DNA of 64,000 nucleotides from contig CT868529.1 in NCBI GenBank assembly GCA_000165425.1, positions 248,001 through 312,000 on the forward strand, in the 5' to 3' direction. Shown here piece by piece: positions 13,880 to 28,671 of the stretch (position 1 is its first letter; the number at the start of each line of letters is the position of its first letter). Source of the stretch: Paramecium tetraurelia. Taxonomy: Eukaryota. Both the position numbers and the translations under genes were made by a program. The notes beneath the pieces are model-generated. The model saw only the letters and a program-made list of their open reading frames with translations, made no database searches and had not been told where the DNA came from.

Positions 13880-14173
13880 TCATTTCCAGACAACAACTGT
13901 TATTTATCCCTTTATTGCTTAGAGGTAATATCCTTCCTCATGTGTCACAAACAGACCAAAGTTTTTACCCACAATACAGTGCCAAGGACCTAAGTGTCTT
14001 TTATCTAACCTGAATAGTGATTATTAAACATACTCTCTCTTAATATAATATGCAATATCTTTTTCATTGCTGTGCTTCCTCAAATTTTCCAATATTATGT
14101 ATTGTACATCCTTTAACAATTCACTTGTCATATCGCATAATTTGATTTTTATTTGTTGTGTCTAATCACTCAT
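13880..14173 (-). CDS. Dynein light chain type 1 (LC8 family)
   Basis: [35 protein letters not shown]; one 24-nt intron. Confidence 0.92.
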
Positions 14174-14237
14174 ATTATTCAATAAATTTATTTATTCCTA
14201 AATAATTACAGAAATTATATTTATTATTAACTGTCAC

Positions 14238-14735
14238 ATGAAGTCTAGCGACTTGCTCTAACAATTTAATGATTTTAGAAGAAACCTCAAAGCATAAATT
14301 TAATCAAATGAAATAACAAAAACTCCCTAAAAAAATTACATTAAAACTTAGAGTTCCCCTTAAAAACTCAGTTCTAGGATTAAATCAAAAATAAATCTAA
14401 CCCAGAACCAAAATAAAAACTAAGATAGATGTAACACAAATCAATCAATTCAAAATAATAACTAACTTGAATCCCTTAAAAACAATTCTAAATTATAATG
14501 CATCACTCATGAAAAATTATCCAGTAAATAATAGAATGTCTAATCCTTCAAATCCTCTAATTGCTCAAATAAAAAAGAACTTACTGTTAATAAGCTTATA
14601 AGTTAAGAATAATTGCAGAAATTATGTTCTACTTTTTAATCGATATCAGATGAGGAAGTGAAATAATTACCAAATGAGTATAAATAGCTTCTAAAATAAT
14701 TGTCAACTTTTGTTAATGCAAAGTTTCTTAAGTGA
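14238..14735 (+). CDS. Hypothetical protein (~165 aa)
   Basis: Intronless ATG-to-TGA frame in ciliate code with typical Gln/Lys/Ser-rich composition; divergent from LC8 with a 64-bp spacer. Confidence 0.65.
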
Positions 14736-15647
14736 TTTAAAATCTGCCATATGATAATATGTTGTATTATTGATAATGTATAATATACTCATTATATGTA
14801 AATTTTAAGAAAAGCAATAAGGAAACATTCAAAGGCATTTTCCTATTTTCTTAAGAAAATCTACTATGTCTATAATTTAAGACAATAGTTTTCTAAGTTT
14901 TTTGACATTTATTTAAGCATCTCTAAAATTCACTTTAAATATTCATTTGATTTTGTTAAAATTCATTAGATTATCTTTATAAGTAATACATTTTATTTCA
15001 AATCGCACAAATTTTAGTAACTTACTATTTACTGTATTTCTTAAGGAATGGTTTTTTTATTGTTTAAGTTTCCTTATTTGAGTTGGCTTTTTCTTCAAAA
15101 TTAAAATTGAAGAATTTAAGAACCTTTCAAACTTAATAGATGGCATACTTTAAAATGGATATTTTTTAAGTTTGAATCCTATCTTGTTGGCTTCTTGATC
15201 TTCTAACAGAGTGAAATAAAGTAGAAGACTAGGATGATTAATTAAAAACATTTTTTTTGAATACAAATATATTTATTGATTTTATTGAAAAATAGTTTGG
15301 CTTTACAATATTTTCCAATAAAATCAGTCTTATCCAATAGACCCAACACTTATATTATGATTGAAAACTTAAAATAACAGTAAACTTTAGTAATGTGATG
15401 TTTCAATGGCTAAAAATATATCTATACACTTTACTTGAATTTTATTCCTTAAATATTTATAATATTTAATATATTGTAAATCAGAGATATTTGATCTGTT
15501 AAACTGAAATATTAAATAAATGAAAAACAATAGAAACAGTAAAATTTTTCTTTATTATAATTGAAAAATGTATTGGATTTTCATAAATGAATATATACAA
15601 ATAATTATAAAAATAATTATTTTATTCAAAAATATACACAGCTGAGA

Positions 15648-17258
15648 ATGAGTTATCAACTTTATCCTAAGCCTTTCCAATTTTGTAAATTGATTAAAAA
15701 TATTTTTAGATTATTATTTACCTTACCTTCGCTAAGTTGCCGTTCCTATGATTCCTCCTTATAATCCAAACAACTACCCCCAATAATTGAGCTCATTCTA
15801 TCATTAACCGATAATTGGAAACTCATCAGACAATTGTATTGTGATAGAGGATGATAATGTATTCTCAATGTTTATTATTACTACTTAGATTTAACATCCA
15901 CTGAACCCAAATCAATAATCGATAATTTAAACGTAAACTAATCGAGACTAGACAGCTTAATCAGATTAGTTGATGATTCTAGAATAGCCATTAGAGAAAC
16001 AGATGAAATAAAGTGACAGATTAAATGAAAATGAACCACACATTCGTATAAGTGTCTTTAAATAGCATTCAAGCCAAATTGATGCTGAATATATCCTCTA
16101 ATATGACAGGTAAGTTTCTGAATAATTATTAATTAGAATTTTGGGAAATTAATACAAAAAGGAAATAACTATAGGAAGAAAAAAATTATAGGATGATAGA
16201 TCAGAAAATTGTGATATATGTAATTATTTCAACTAACAACCTTAGATTTGCCTCATGGAGATAAAAATGTTGAAAAACTCCATTGTAAACTTTCGACAGA
16301 AAAAGGATTCTCGTATTCAAATCTTCTAACCAAATCAGTTCTTCTTTTTTTTTCATTATTTAAGTCAAATAAGCATGCTAGGAAATTGCCATTTTCAATT
16401 AAATAACATATATACTCATTTATTAAGTAATAATATTCATATGTCTTAGAGAAAAGCCTTAGTTTTATTTAACAGATAACGCAACTAAGACAGGAACGTT
16501 CTTGAAAATTAAGAAGGACAATTTGAAACTTATGCAATTACATAATACATTTCTGATTGGAGCTGATACATACTTTCATATTATGGAAATTAAATCAAAG
16601 CCCATAGAAATCAAATAAAAAAGAAACAAAGATTTAAATCAGTTCTACAATGCTCTTGCAAAGGAACACATAAGAAAAGGGGCTAAAATTCATGGGCTTT
16701 CATTAGAAGAGAGTGAATAATTAAATGCTTTAATTAATGAATTTAGAACTAACAATTTAAGACAAAGAGCTCCACACAAGTTAAGTTAATATGATAGACC
16801 CTATTTAAAGTTTGCCTTCAATAGTCCTTCTATCAATCAAATTCAAACTCATATATTCATTGCCAAGTATGATGAAGAATATGTATTTAAAATTGGAAGA
16901 TCCCAAGAATGTGATGTCATAATTAATATCAATACTGTATCTAGAAGACAAGCACAGATAATATATAAAAACAATGAGTATATACATTTATTTATATTCA
17001 GATGGTTCATACATGATGGTGAGGGTATTAGAGAGTCGGCAAATGGCACATGGTAATCTCTCCAAAATTATTCGACGAGAAATCATGAAAAGAAAATATA
17101 AAGCAAACCCAGATTGATTGAAGACTAAATGGAGATCAAAATAAGTGAGAATATCGTTAAGTTTGATTTTGTAAACTTCGGTATTACTAAAAAGTATTTA
17201 TTGTAATAATTTTAGGCGAAAACTTAATTAGGCCTTAATTCAAGATTTACTTTGGTGA
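15648..17258 (+). CDS. Tandem FHA-domain protein
   Basis: FHA1 ITIGR...CDI...VEKLHC...FYLTDNATKTGTF; FHA2 FKIGRSQECDVIININTVSRRQAQI...HDGEGIRESANGTW. Confidence 0.8.
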
Positions 17259-17487
17259 TTCATTCTTATATGTATTTAAAATTCATCCAATTTTGTGTTA
17301 AATAAATCCACATATATTAAATAACTTTAGAAAATATAAGAACTCTTTTTGACATGTTTTAATATTTTTACCCAGAATAAAGATTTATCAATATTATTAA
17401 TTATATCATTTATCTGAGGTTCTGGGTTTTAAGGTTATAAATTACAAGTGTTTGTAGCGATATAGGATATATGATATAATATAAAAA

Positions 17488-19399
<1,912 letters not shown>

Positions 19400-19518
19400 C
19401 TTTAAACAATAATTCAATATGAATCAATTAATAAATATATAATTGTAACACTCAAAAAAAGAATATTTACTGTGATCACATTTTCTTTATTTATTACCTA
19501 AATATAACAATATTTTAG

Positions 19519-20530
19519 ATGAGTTTTGTAAATATATTTTAATATTAAATTTAATGCAATTTTAGAAACAGTTACTCAAGTAATTATTACTATTTATCTC
19601 CAAACTAGAAATACTCTCGAAGAACAGCAACAGTATCGACAATAATAACAATAGGATCAAAAAAGAAGAGTAATCGAACAAGAGCAATAAATACTCCAAG
19701 AACAAGCAAAAGCCTTGGAGTATGATGAGCTCTAGCGCAAATAAATATAAAAGATAAAATAAAGAGAATTAAGTGAAGCCTATGAATAAAGCATCAACTA
19801 AAAAAAATAAAATCAAAACATAATCAAATAAAAATAAATCTAAGATGAATACAACCTTGTCTCTCAAGCATAATAATATTAGGAAATGTAGAAGCAATAG
19901 AAAATGCTATAATAATATCAAATGAAATAAATCGCTTAAGCATCTATGGATGATAAAATGAGAAAAATTATGCAATAAAAGGAATTGCAAGAGCAAGACA
20001 AAATTAAGGAATAACTTAATTAAAGAGATGAAGAATTTAGAATAACAGAAAAGCAAAAATAATATAGAGATGTATTTAAATTTTTTAAATATTAGTATTA
20101 TAGACAAGTAGCAGAGTAATAGGATAAAATGCAAAAAAACTTTGCAGATAAGATTGGTAGTGATAAATAATACTAAATTGAAAATATGATTAATAGAGGA
20201 ATCGAAAATGTATAATATAAAGAAGAGATGGAAGCCCAGTAAAAAAAATAAAGTTAACTATATAATAAATAAATGATGAGAGATTCATTGTAAAAATAAA
20301 TCTTTGAAAAGGAGTAAAGTACTAAAAATCAAAATGGTTCGTAAGTTATGAGCAATGGGGTATTTTTTAAAAACATAATAAATTAGTTTAGAAGCATTGA
20401 AAACAATTAAATTGATCCTTCAGTACACAATCCTCTCTTAAATCCAATTCCAGGATATAATTAGAACCCATACTTAAATTAGCGAAGTTCGTTGGGTACA
20501 TATGGAAATTAAGTACTTAAAATGTATTGA
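19519..20530 (+). CDS. Gln-rich coiled-coil hypothetical protein
   Basis: Long Q/E/K-rich frame ending IDPSVHNPLLNPIPGYNQNPYLNQ...MY-TGA; 5' exon structure uncertain. Confidence 0.65.
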
Positions 20531-20547
20531 TAAATTTATAAATACAA

Positions 20548-21196
20548 TCAATAATATATTTTTTATGCAAAAAATTTCCTTAAAGAGTAAATTTAAAATA
20601 CTCCTGCACCAATAATGACAACTATTTGAATTAAGGTGGCATTGAACACATTATCATTTATTTTAATGTTCTCTATACTTAACTTATCCTCGTTTTCTCT
20701 GTTCATTAATTATAGCTTAATAAAATCATCTTCTTATTTTTGGAGTGATTTAATTTTTTGCTTTAATCCTGTAATCTTAAAGTAATACTCTAATAAATAC
20801 TTGACTCTCTTTTGCAGCAGATTAAAATTCTTAATTTTCTCCTTGCTTAATTCTTAAGAAATATAATGGTTATTTCTTATCTCCGAACCAACCTTTACTA
20901 TTTGACATTTTCAAACAAACTTAGTATCTTCCTTACTTTTTTGTTGTAAATGTAAACTTTCCTTCATCACTATTAGTCATTTTTGTTAAAATCACTTAAT
21001 TATCTGGATCAAGAACACTCAATTCAACTCCTCCTCCATTAGGTTAGACTTTATCTAGTAATTAATGAGCGCCGATAACAACTGTGTTTGCAGTGTATTC
21101 ATCTAAAAAGCATCTTTGTTTTCCTTCTGTGAGATAAAACGTGAGAGCATTGCTGCACGTGGCAAAAATAACTAGAATAAAAAAATATTTTTGCAT
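20548..21196 (-). CDS. p24/emp24/gp25L (GOLD domain) cargo receptor
   Basis: Signal peptide, then LTFYLTEGKQRCFLDE, a coiled coil, TM IVVIIGAGVFQIYSL and the RKFF cytosolic tail. Confidence 0.88.
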
Positions 21197-21322
21197 TAAA
21201 AATATTAATTAAAATTCTAACTAAAAAATGATAATCTAGTCCAAATATATTTGAAAACCTAAATTACAAATAGGTAATATAGTATCTATAATTTTTTGAA
21301 TAATAATATATATATATTCAAG

Positions 21323-22096
21323 TCATAGTTCTTACATTAACTTTATATAGTTTTGATTAATCTTTTAGTATAAAGGGTCGTATGATTTTATAGTGAAGCT
21401 TATTTTCTTGAAATGGCTAATTATTTTGGAAATCATACAAATTAGCACAATGAAACAAATAGTATATGAAAAAACTAAACAAGAAATTAATATTCTTTCA
21501 TTCTCAAATGAATCTTCTAGTAAGTGGGTAGTAAAGTAGCTTAAAACACCAATTATAGTGAAGATAATCAATAGAAAGATAGTCTCAAATAATAAATGCC
21601 ATTTGTTTTATTGCCAAAGGCTAAAATCAAAATATACCTAACTATTCACTTACCTAAAATCATTACATTTTTGACATTTTAATTATTCTAAAATAGGTCC
21701 TAATTTTAAAAAGTTATTAGCGCATTTAAAATGTGCTTAAGAACATCTACATAAAGGAATTAAATTTTCATTTTCTTTGCAAAAGCAGCATCCTTAAGAT
21801 TAAGCATTTTATAGAGCATCTTCTGTGTGATTAACATTTAAATTTGATTGATCATTGTTCAGTAGTATTTTGGTTTCATTTGGAGAAATCTTTTATCTTA
21901 TAGAAGTATCAAAAACAGATAATTCATTATAGCAAGGCTTTTGCTTAATCAAAGTGAGCGATATCTCTTAAGGTTCATCGTTTAAAAAATTTCTTGATTT
22001 CTCAACCTTTAGTGATTAAATGTTTTGCTTCGAATTGACCTCTTAATTCTTGAAAGAAGCAGAAGAGTATTAAGGTGTTTTTGGAAGTTAAATCAT
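21323..22096 (-). CDS. RING-CH (MARCH-like) finger followed by two TM helices
   Basis: CCFCKENENLIPLCRCSQAHFKCANNF...LKCQKC (C4HC3 order), followed by two hydrophobic helices. Confidence 0.72.
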
Positions 22097-22244
22097 GATT
22101 GTGTTTTAAATTAATGAAATTGCAAAGTTGGAAAGATTTCACTGAGAGAGTTGAACTAAATTTTTAGTAAGAATAAATAGATTTAATTAGTATATCTTAT
22201 TTTTAATAATTTGAATATTAATAGTTCTATTATTATAAGTTAAT

Positions 22245-24100
22245 ATGAATACATCAGTACTCAATGAATAACAAGACTATTATATATATGAAAAGTAAAA
22301 ATACATTTAAATAAATTTTTATTTCTTACATAGGATTATTGTGTTATAGGTTATTAAATAGAGTGTGTTGGATATAGATAATCTTTAAATTTGAAGAATA
22401 TGATACAAAATAATAAAAATATTTATATATATTATAAATTAATGGCTGATTAAGAAGATTAATAAAAAATATAGTAATAGGAAGAGGAAGAAAATGTTGA
22501 TTAATATTCATACTCAGAAGGAGATCAGTACGAATCAGATTCAGATAATTTGAAATTTGATATAGCAAAGCCAGAGAAGAATCCTTTTAGACCAATAGGA
22601 ATTGATTTTCAAAAAATTCAATAAATAGCGCATTTAGCACCTAATTCAAAAGAAATACAATAAGAGGAAGAAAATAGAAAGAAGATTGAGGCTTATTAAT
22701 TGTACCAATAAAAAGTATAAGAAGCAGATCAAAATTAAAAGGAATTAGAAAAGTAGATTGAAGAAAAATTAAATTAACAAAAGGAGGAATAACTTCAAAA
22801 TTTGCAGAAATAACCAATAGAATTATAAATTAATAAAGGAGGATAACTTGTAAATGCAGATGAGATTCAAAAAATCATATATCCATGGTAAGTGTTATTT
22901 GATGATACATGGAAAAAGAATTATTATTACAATCCTGTGACAAAGGAAAGTGTTTGGGAGTTGCCATTAGATATAGTACAGAAATTGTCTGATTATAGAA
23001 GATAATTCGAACATAGGTTGTATGACTATTAGGAGAGGAATTTTTTTAAATTTTTGCCTAAATAATACATAGCAAGATAAAGAGAGTAGCTATTTTAGAA
23101 AAGACAGAAGGTGATGTTAAGACCAGCTAGAAAGTAAGTTGAAGAATCATTGGCAACAAAATTCGGTTATAAATAAGGAGATGAAGAATATAACACATGG
23201 TTTGATAGATTTTTAAGTGATGGAAACAAATATAAAGAGAAAGATTCTGCATTGACCAGAATGCATCCAGATATTGATAGTGGTTATACTAAGGCAGACT
23301 TATATGAGAAATTTAGTACTTACTTTTGCTTGTTCTTTGCTCGAGGTTGTTGTGCAGAAGGAGTTAATTGTAGATATTATCACAGGATTCCAACGATGGA
23401 TGAGTGTGAATAAATCGATAACAGTAAAGATGTCTTTGGTAGAACTAGATTTGCCAATCATAGAGAGGATATGAAAGGGTAATAATTCATTGTCTATGAC
23501 TCATTATAGTATAGGTTGTTTCACCAGTGACACTAGAGCTATCTATATTACTCATTATAAAATGCCTAAGGCTGATACTAGTACGCAGGCATTAGCTTTA
23601 ATGTATGATACTTTATGGAGACATTTCAGTCCGTTGGGGGATATCGATGATTTAAACGTTATACCTGCCAAGGGTGTCTCATTTATAAGGTATTTAATAA
23701 ATATACTATTAATGTAGATATAAACATAGATGCTAGGCGGAATTCGCTAAAGAAGCCATGGATTCATAAGCCTTGGATTAATAAGAGTGCATAATGTGCA
23801 AATGGGCTTATGAGGATCCGAATCCTAAGGCTATGTCTAGAGAATTTGAGGAGGAAAAGCTTAAATTAGTTAATGCTGTTAAGGATAAAGAGAAGTAATT
23901 CCTGATTTGGATTTATTAGAAAAGAATAACAAAATAGTTAGTAATTTAGAAAGAAAGTTGATGGCCAACAGATTAGAGACAGATCCCAGGATGATAGGAA
24001 AGGCAAAAGAGGAGGAGACAGAGGCAATAGAAGAGGGGGACCTCGTGGAAGGGGAGATAATAGAGGAAGGGGTGGAAATAGATTATTTGATGATGATTGA
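22245..24100 (+). CDS. CWC2: Pre-mRNA splicing factor CWC2 with N-terminal WW domain and RGG tail
   Basis: RPARKQV, YNTWFDRF, DSGYTKAD, FCLFFARGCCAEGVNCRYYHRIP, DVFGRTRFANHREDMKGIGCF, AEFAKEAM, KWAYEDPNP; WW-like YPWQVLFDDTWKKNYYYNPVTKESVWELP. Confidence 0.92.
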
Positions 24101-24139
24101 TAATTTACATCATTTTATATTACATAATTATTTTATAAT

Positions 24140-24744
24140 ATGGGGAATACATAATGCTGTAACAAAATTGTCGAGGATGAGGATGTCTAAGAGATAGTTA
24201 TTCGTGAAGATTCGAATAAATAGACTGTAAAATTATAAGAGTATGAAAATATTATTAATTTCTTTATAGAGTTTAGTAAGTAAAACATAGCTAGAAAAAA
24301 ACAGAAGATTGTGGTACTCCTGCTTTTCCAGAACTAAGGTCCCAATAGAGTAAAAAATCGGAACAATGCTAATCCTTGAAAGAAATTCAATTCATGGGGC
24401 AAGTTGAAAAGGATGAACAAATTTTTAAATCATCTTGCACCTTAGGGAGAAGAAGATAAAATGATTCTCCTATTGTTGCATTCGAAGCTAAAAACTCTTT
24501 AAAATCTTTTGATTCTGGTAGGCTTAAAAAACTGCAATCTGTTACTGAACAATAACTTAATCTAAAAAATATCTCTTCTCCAAGAGAAGAAGATTCATTT
24601 ATGCAAGATAGTTTAAAAGGTGGACAACTAGATGAGAAGTCTAGTAAAAGCATTTTAAAATAAGAGATGAAATATAGTAAATTTAGAAATTAGTAAAATC
24701 AGGCTGAAAGCGCTTTCAGAAAGGTGCAATTTAATTTGGAATGA
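24140..24744 (+). CDS. Small predicted N-myristoylated/palmitoylated protein with SILK and RVxF-type motifs
   Basis: Starts MGNTQCC; one 29-nt intron from 24241; ends KSILKQEMKYSKFRNQQNQAESAFRKVQFNLE-TGA. Confidence 0.75.
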
Positions 24745-24800
24745 TTTTAGTATATAATTTTATATTTTTTTTATTTCTTTATCATAAATTAATTTATATA

Positions 24801-25728
24801 ATGAGTGGTGGTTTAACCTACTTTAATGAAGATTTTCCAGTCTATTCTGATTTGATATCTACCATTAATGATCAATTGCAATCTATTGATAATCTGCATG
24901 TTATCACTTGTACAACAGAAAATAAAAATAATATTGCCTAATATTTAAGAGCGAAAAATGCAACAATGGCTAAATATCTGATTCATCTCAATATGTACTT
25001 ATTACATAAACTCAATTATGGAAATTTGGATGAGTTTCCTGTTGATTAGTTGATAGAAGATAAAATTTTAATACAGAAAATTATTTAAGCTTAAAAAAAA
25101 TTATAATATTCCATTGACAAATTATCAAAATATCAAGAAACATAGATTAATGAAGATGATTAAATTGTGGATTAAGTGGAGAAATTAACCTTAAAGCCTA
25201 GAATAGAGAATCTTCATAAAGATGAAGCTAATGATAAAGTCAACAATCCAAATTAAAAGTATGTGCCACCAAAACTTGCAGCAACTCTTTCAAAAAGCGA
25301 TTTAAATAAATAAAAATAAGAGAGAAGGGAAGAGCTTAGAAAAACATAAAAAAAAGCTTCATTAATTAAGAGTATATTAGATGATCAAGAGGTATTTATG
25401 TATGCAATCATTTTATTAGACTGATAAACCAAAGGAAATGACAGAGAGAGACTTATAATAATTATATTATGGAAGGGCTGAAGATGAAAAATAAATAGAA
25501 AAGAGAAAATATGAAGAAGATCATATGACCAGATTGCCTACTACAAGGGATGAGAAACGAAGGGAAAGAATAGCTGAAAGAAAGGCCAATGTGACAAGGT
25601 TGGATGACTTCTAAGAATTTGAGACCATAAATAAAGTGCTCAATAAAGGAACAAAGAAAATAAAGAAACCATAAGGATAGAAACTCAAAGGAAGCATGAA
25701 AAAAATTGTTAAAAGAAAAAGAAGATGA
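24801..25728 (+). CDS. Neuroguidin/Lcp5-like (Sas10/Utp3/C1D) SSU processome factor
   Basis: YLRAKNATMAKYLIHL, KKLQYSIDKL, YVPPKL, YEEDHMTRLPTTRDEK; Lys/Arg-rich tail. Confidence 0.8.
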
Positions 25729-25763
25729 ATTATTATTGTTTATTATTTTAATTATATTTTTTT

Positions 25764-26629
25764 ATGACAACAGCACATAGACCAACATACAGGCCTGCTA
25801 TAGGTGGCAGTGAATAGGGTGGAAACAAAATGCTTGTTCATTCAAGATCCTATCATTCAAAAGACTTGCCAGCTTATTTGATATTGAAAATGAGGAAACC
25901 TGGATAAGGTACATAGGCAGAATTGGAATAAAAGGATTTTAAGTTGGATTTAATAAAAAGAGAGGAAGAGGGAAGAAGATAAAGAGAGTTAAAGGCTTTG
26001 GGAGTATCTGAAACCTCATTAGCCATAGAAGCAACATAAAAAAGTAGAAACTTTTTTTTAAATTATTAATTAGATTAAAATAAAGATGTTTAGGAACCCC
26101 AAATATTGAAAAAGACTAAAGTGGAAGAAAAGGAAATTTACCCATAGGATGCTGATGATAAAGAATTCATTAAATCTTCAGATGATGAAGAAGAAAATGC
26201 CCAAAAACCTGAAAAGCCTACTGTGTAATAATAAGAAATGAAAATTGAAGAAAATTCATCATCTTCCTCAAGCGATGAAGAGGATGACGATGAATTATTG
26301 ATGAGAGAGTATCAAAAAATTAAAGAGCAAAGAGAAATTGAAGAGAAAAAAAAAGTAATTCAGATTTATATCAATAGATTTTAGAGAAGCAAGAGTACTT
26401 GGAAAAGAATAGAGAGGAAGAGATTATTAAAGGAAACCCTTTATTAATTAGTGAGGATTATTCTCTTAAGAAAAAGTATTTTTCATTAATCATTCATTTT
26501 AGATGGTATGAAGATACTATCTTCAAAAATCAATCGAGACTGGAAGTAAAGGAAAAATAGAGATTTATTAATGATGCTGTCAGAAGTGATTTCCATAGGA
26601 AATTCTTAAATAGATATATATAAATGTGA
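25764..26629 (+). CDS. CWC15: Spliceosome-associated protein CWC15
   Basis: MTTAHRPTYRPAIGG, SKDLPA, IIKGNPLL, KKKWYEDTIFKNQ, RFINDAVRSDFHRKFLNRYI. Confidence 0.95.
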
Positions 26630-26663
26630 TTATTTGTTAATTCTATATTAATTATAAATTAAT

Positions 26664-28446
26664 ATGAGTACGAGTGAACAAAAACAATTTAATATGGATT
26701 ATCAGCAAAAGCTAACCTTGTCACCTTTGTAAAAGTATGAATTATACAACCAATTCCCTTGGCAAATGATTTTACACACTTTATTGATAGTTTTTACGAC
26801 TGTTCAAGTTCTCAATGTGTTGGATTAATTGACTGCTTAAAGCAGAGCTCAGCATATGATTTTTAAGAACATTCTCCTTGGATTGGAAGAGGATAATGAT
26901 GAATAATAATTTTATAACTTCGATGATTTTCAATAGTAGTTGCTTACAATGATGGACAATCTTAATGGTTTGGAAGATATTTTATTTTAAAATGTTAACA
27001 TGAGTTTGTCAGAGTTTAAATTTAATATTTTCTATTCTCAATTCGACACTGACAATGCCAACCAAACAGTATTCGATGTAGATATCGATGAAGGTTTTAC
27101 AGAACCATTTAATATTAATGATGTACATTCTATAAAAAGTTTTATCGGAAATGTTTAACTTATGGAATTTCAAGGGAATAAGATTTATAACTTTATAAAT
27201 TTCAGAGATATTGAAGGAGTCGAATCTTGTACAAATTGGAATTTCAAAATTACATATAATTTCGATAAAATAGGAGTCATTAATGCTAAGATAGAAACAG
27301 GTAATAGTAACTGTCCTGAAGATCAGAAAAAGTAAAGTGGCTAAGACTTTTTGCTTATTCATTTTATAGTCCTTATCTTGGGAGGTATTTCAATTTACAC
27401 TACGATAAAGTATTTATATGATATAGGTTCTGAATATATGTATAATAAATAAATGTATAAGGACATAAAAAATATTGTGGAAACTCAACCCTTAAATGAT
27501 TAATCAGATTTAATTTAGTAGGGACCCTAAGTTGGTGTGAAGTTTTCACAGGCTTGGAGGAATGTTGATTATTAACAAGATGTTAAGGCCTTCAATAATT
27601 GGTATATCTTAAATGCCTTGGGGGGATTTTTCTAAGTGGTTGGAGCAACAATAGCGATAATGGATTAAATTTTGACGAATGATTTATCGATTTATAAGTT
27701 TTAAATTATGATGATGGGATTTGGATGCTTTTCATCTTGGTTAATGCTGTTACAATATTTGGAATACTTCTAAGATATAAGTCTTGTGACTTGGACATTG
27801 AAGAAATCAAGCAAGAATATTGCCATGTTCATATTCAGTATTTTACCATTCTTTTTTGGATTTGTGTATTTGGCTTAGGCTATATTTTGGAAATACAACT
27901 ACTTCTAATCGACTATTGACACTATTTTATCATTGTTTTCCTTATCCAATGGCGATATTTTATTAGGTATAATAATAGTATAATATATAATTAGAATCAT
28001 TTAATTTGGTGAAACCAATTGGAATTATTGGTTAAATTTATCTTATTGTTTTTATGATTGTATTTTTCACAGCAGTATAAAGTGTGTTAATTGCAATTAT
28101 AATGGAAGGATATGATGAAATTAATGCATAAAGAAAAAGGGAGAATAATCAAGATCAAAAAATCAAAGACGAAATTCTGGATTAGATTCAAAAAGAGTAG
28201 GAAGAAATTAGTAAATCTGCAAGAAACGATGAATTTGATGATGACAAGGAGATTATTATTTCCAAATTGAATTTGTTTATGAGGAGAATCGATAGAATGT
28301 TAGAGGATCTTGATCTGATGGCTGATGAAATAGAGAATGCAAATATCACAATTAATGAGAAGGAATATTTATTAAATGTATTAAGGGAAAACATAGATAA
28401 TATATCTAGAAATGTTAAATTTTAAATCAGTAACATGGAGTCATGA
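26664..28446 (+). CDS. Mucolipin (TRPML)-like cation channel
   Basis: LSPLQKYELYNQFPWQMILHTLLIVFTTVQV (TM1), a large luminal loop, FNNWYIL, GFGCFSSWLMLLQYLEY, pore SLFSLSNGD, S6 VLIAIIMEGYDEI. Confidence 0.85.
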
Positions 28447-28671
28447 TTTTGATTATTTTGTTTTGTACTCTAAGTAAAATCGTAATAAATAGTTATTATT
28501 AAATAAAAAGTAACTCATTAAACAATTATTAAATTTGTGATTAAGGAATTCAAATAACAAAACGAGAATTTGAAGGGTAATTTATATCTTGTTATCGTAA
28601 ATCAAATTATCGTTTAAAATAAAAGAGTTGAATTATCCACCATTTTATATTTAAAATTGTGAATTAAATAT

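Noticed and set aside
14790..15260. Possible - strand ORF of ~110 aa
   Set aside because: No recognisable motif and ambiguous frame; cannot distinguish a gene from a pseudogene remnant or spacer.
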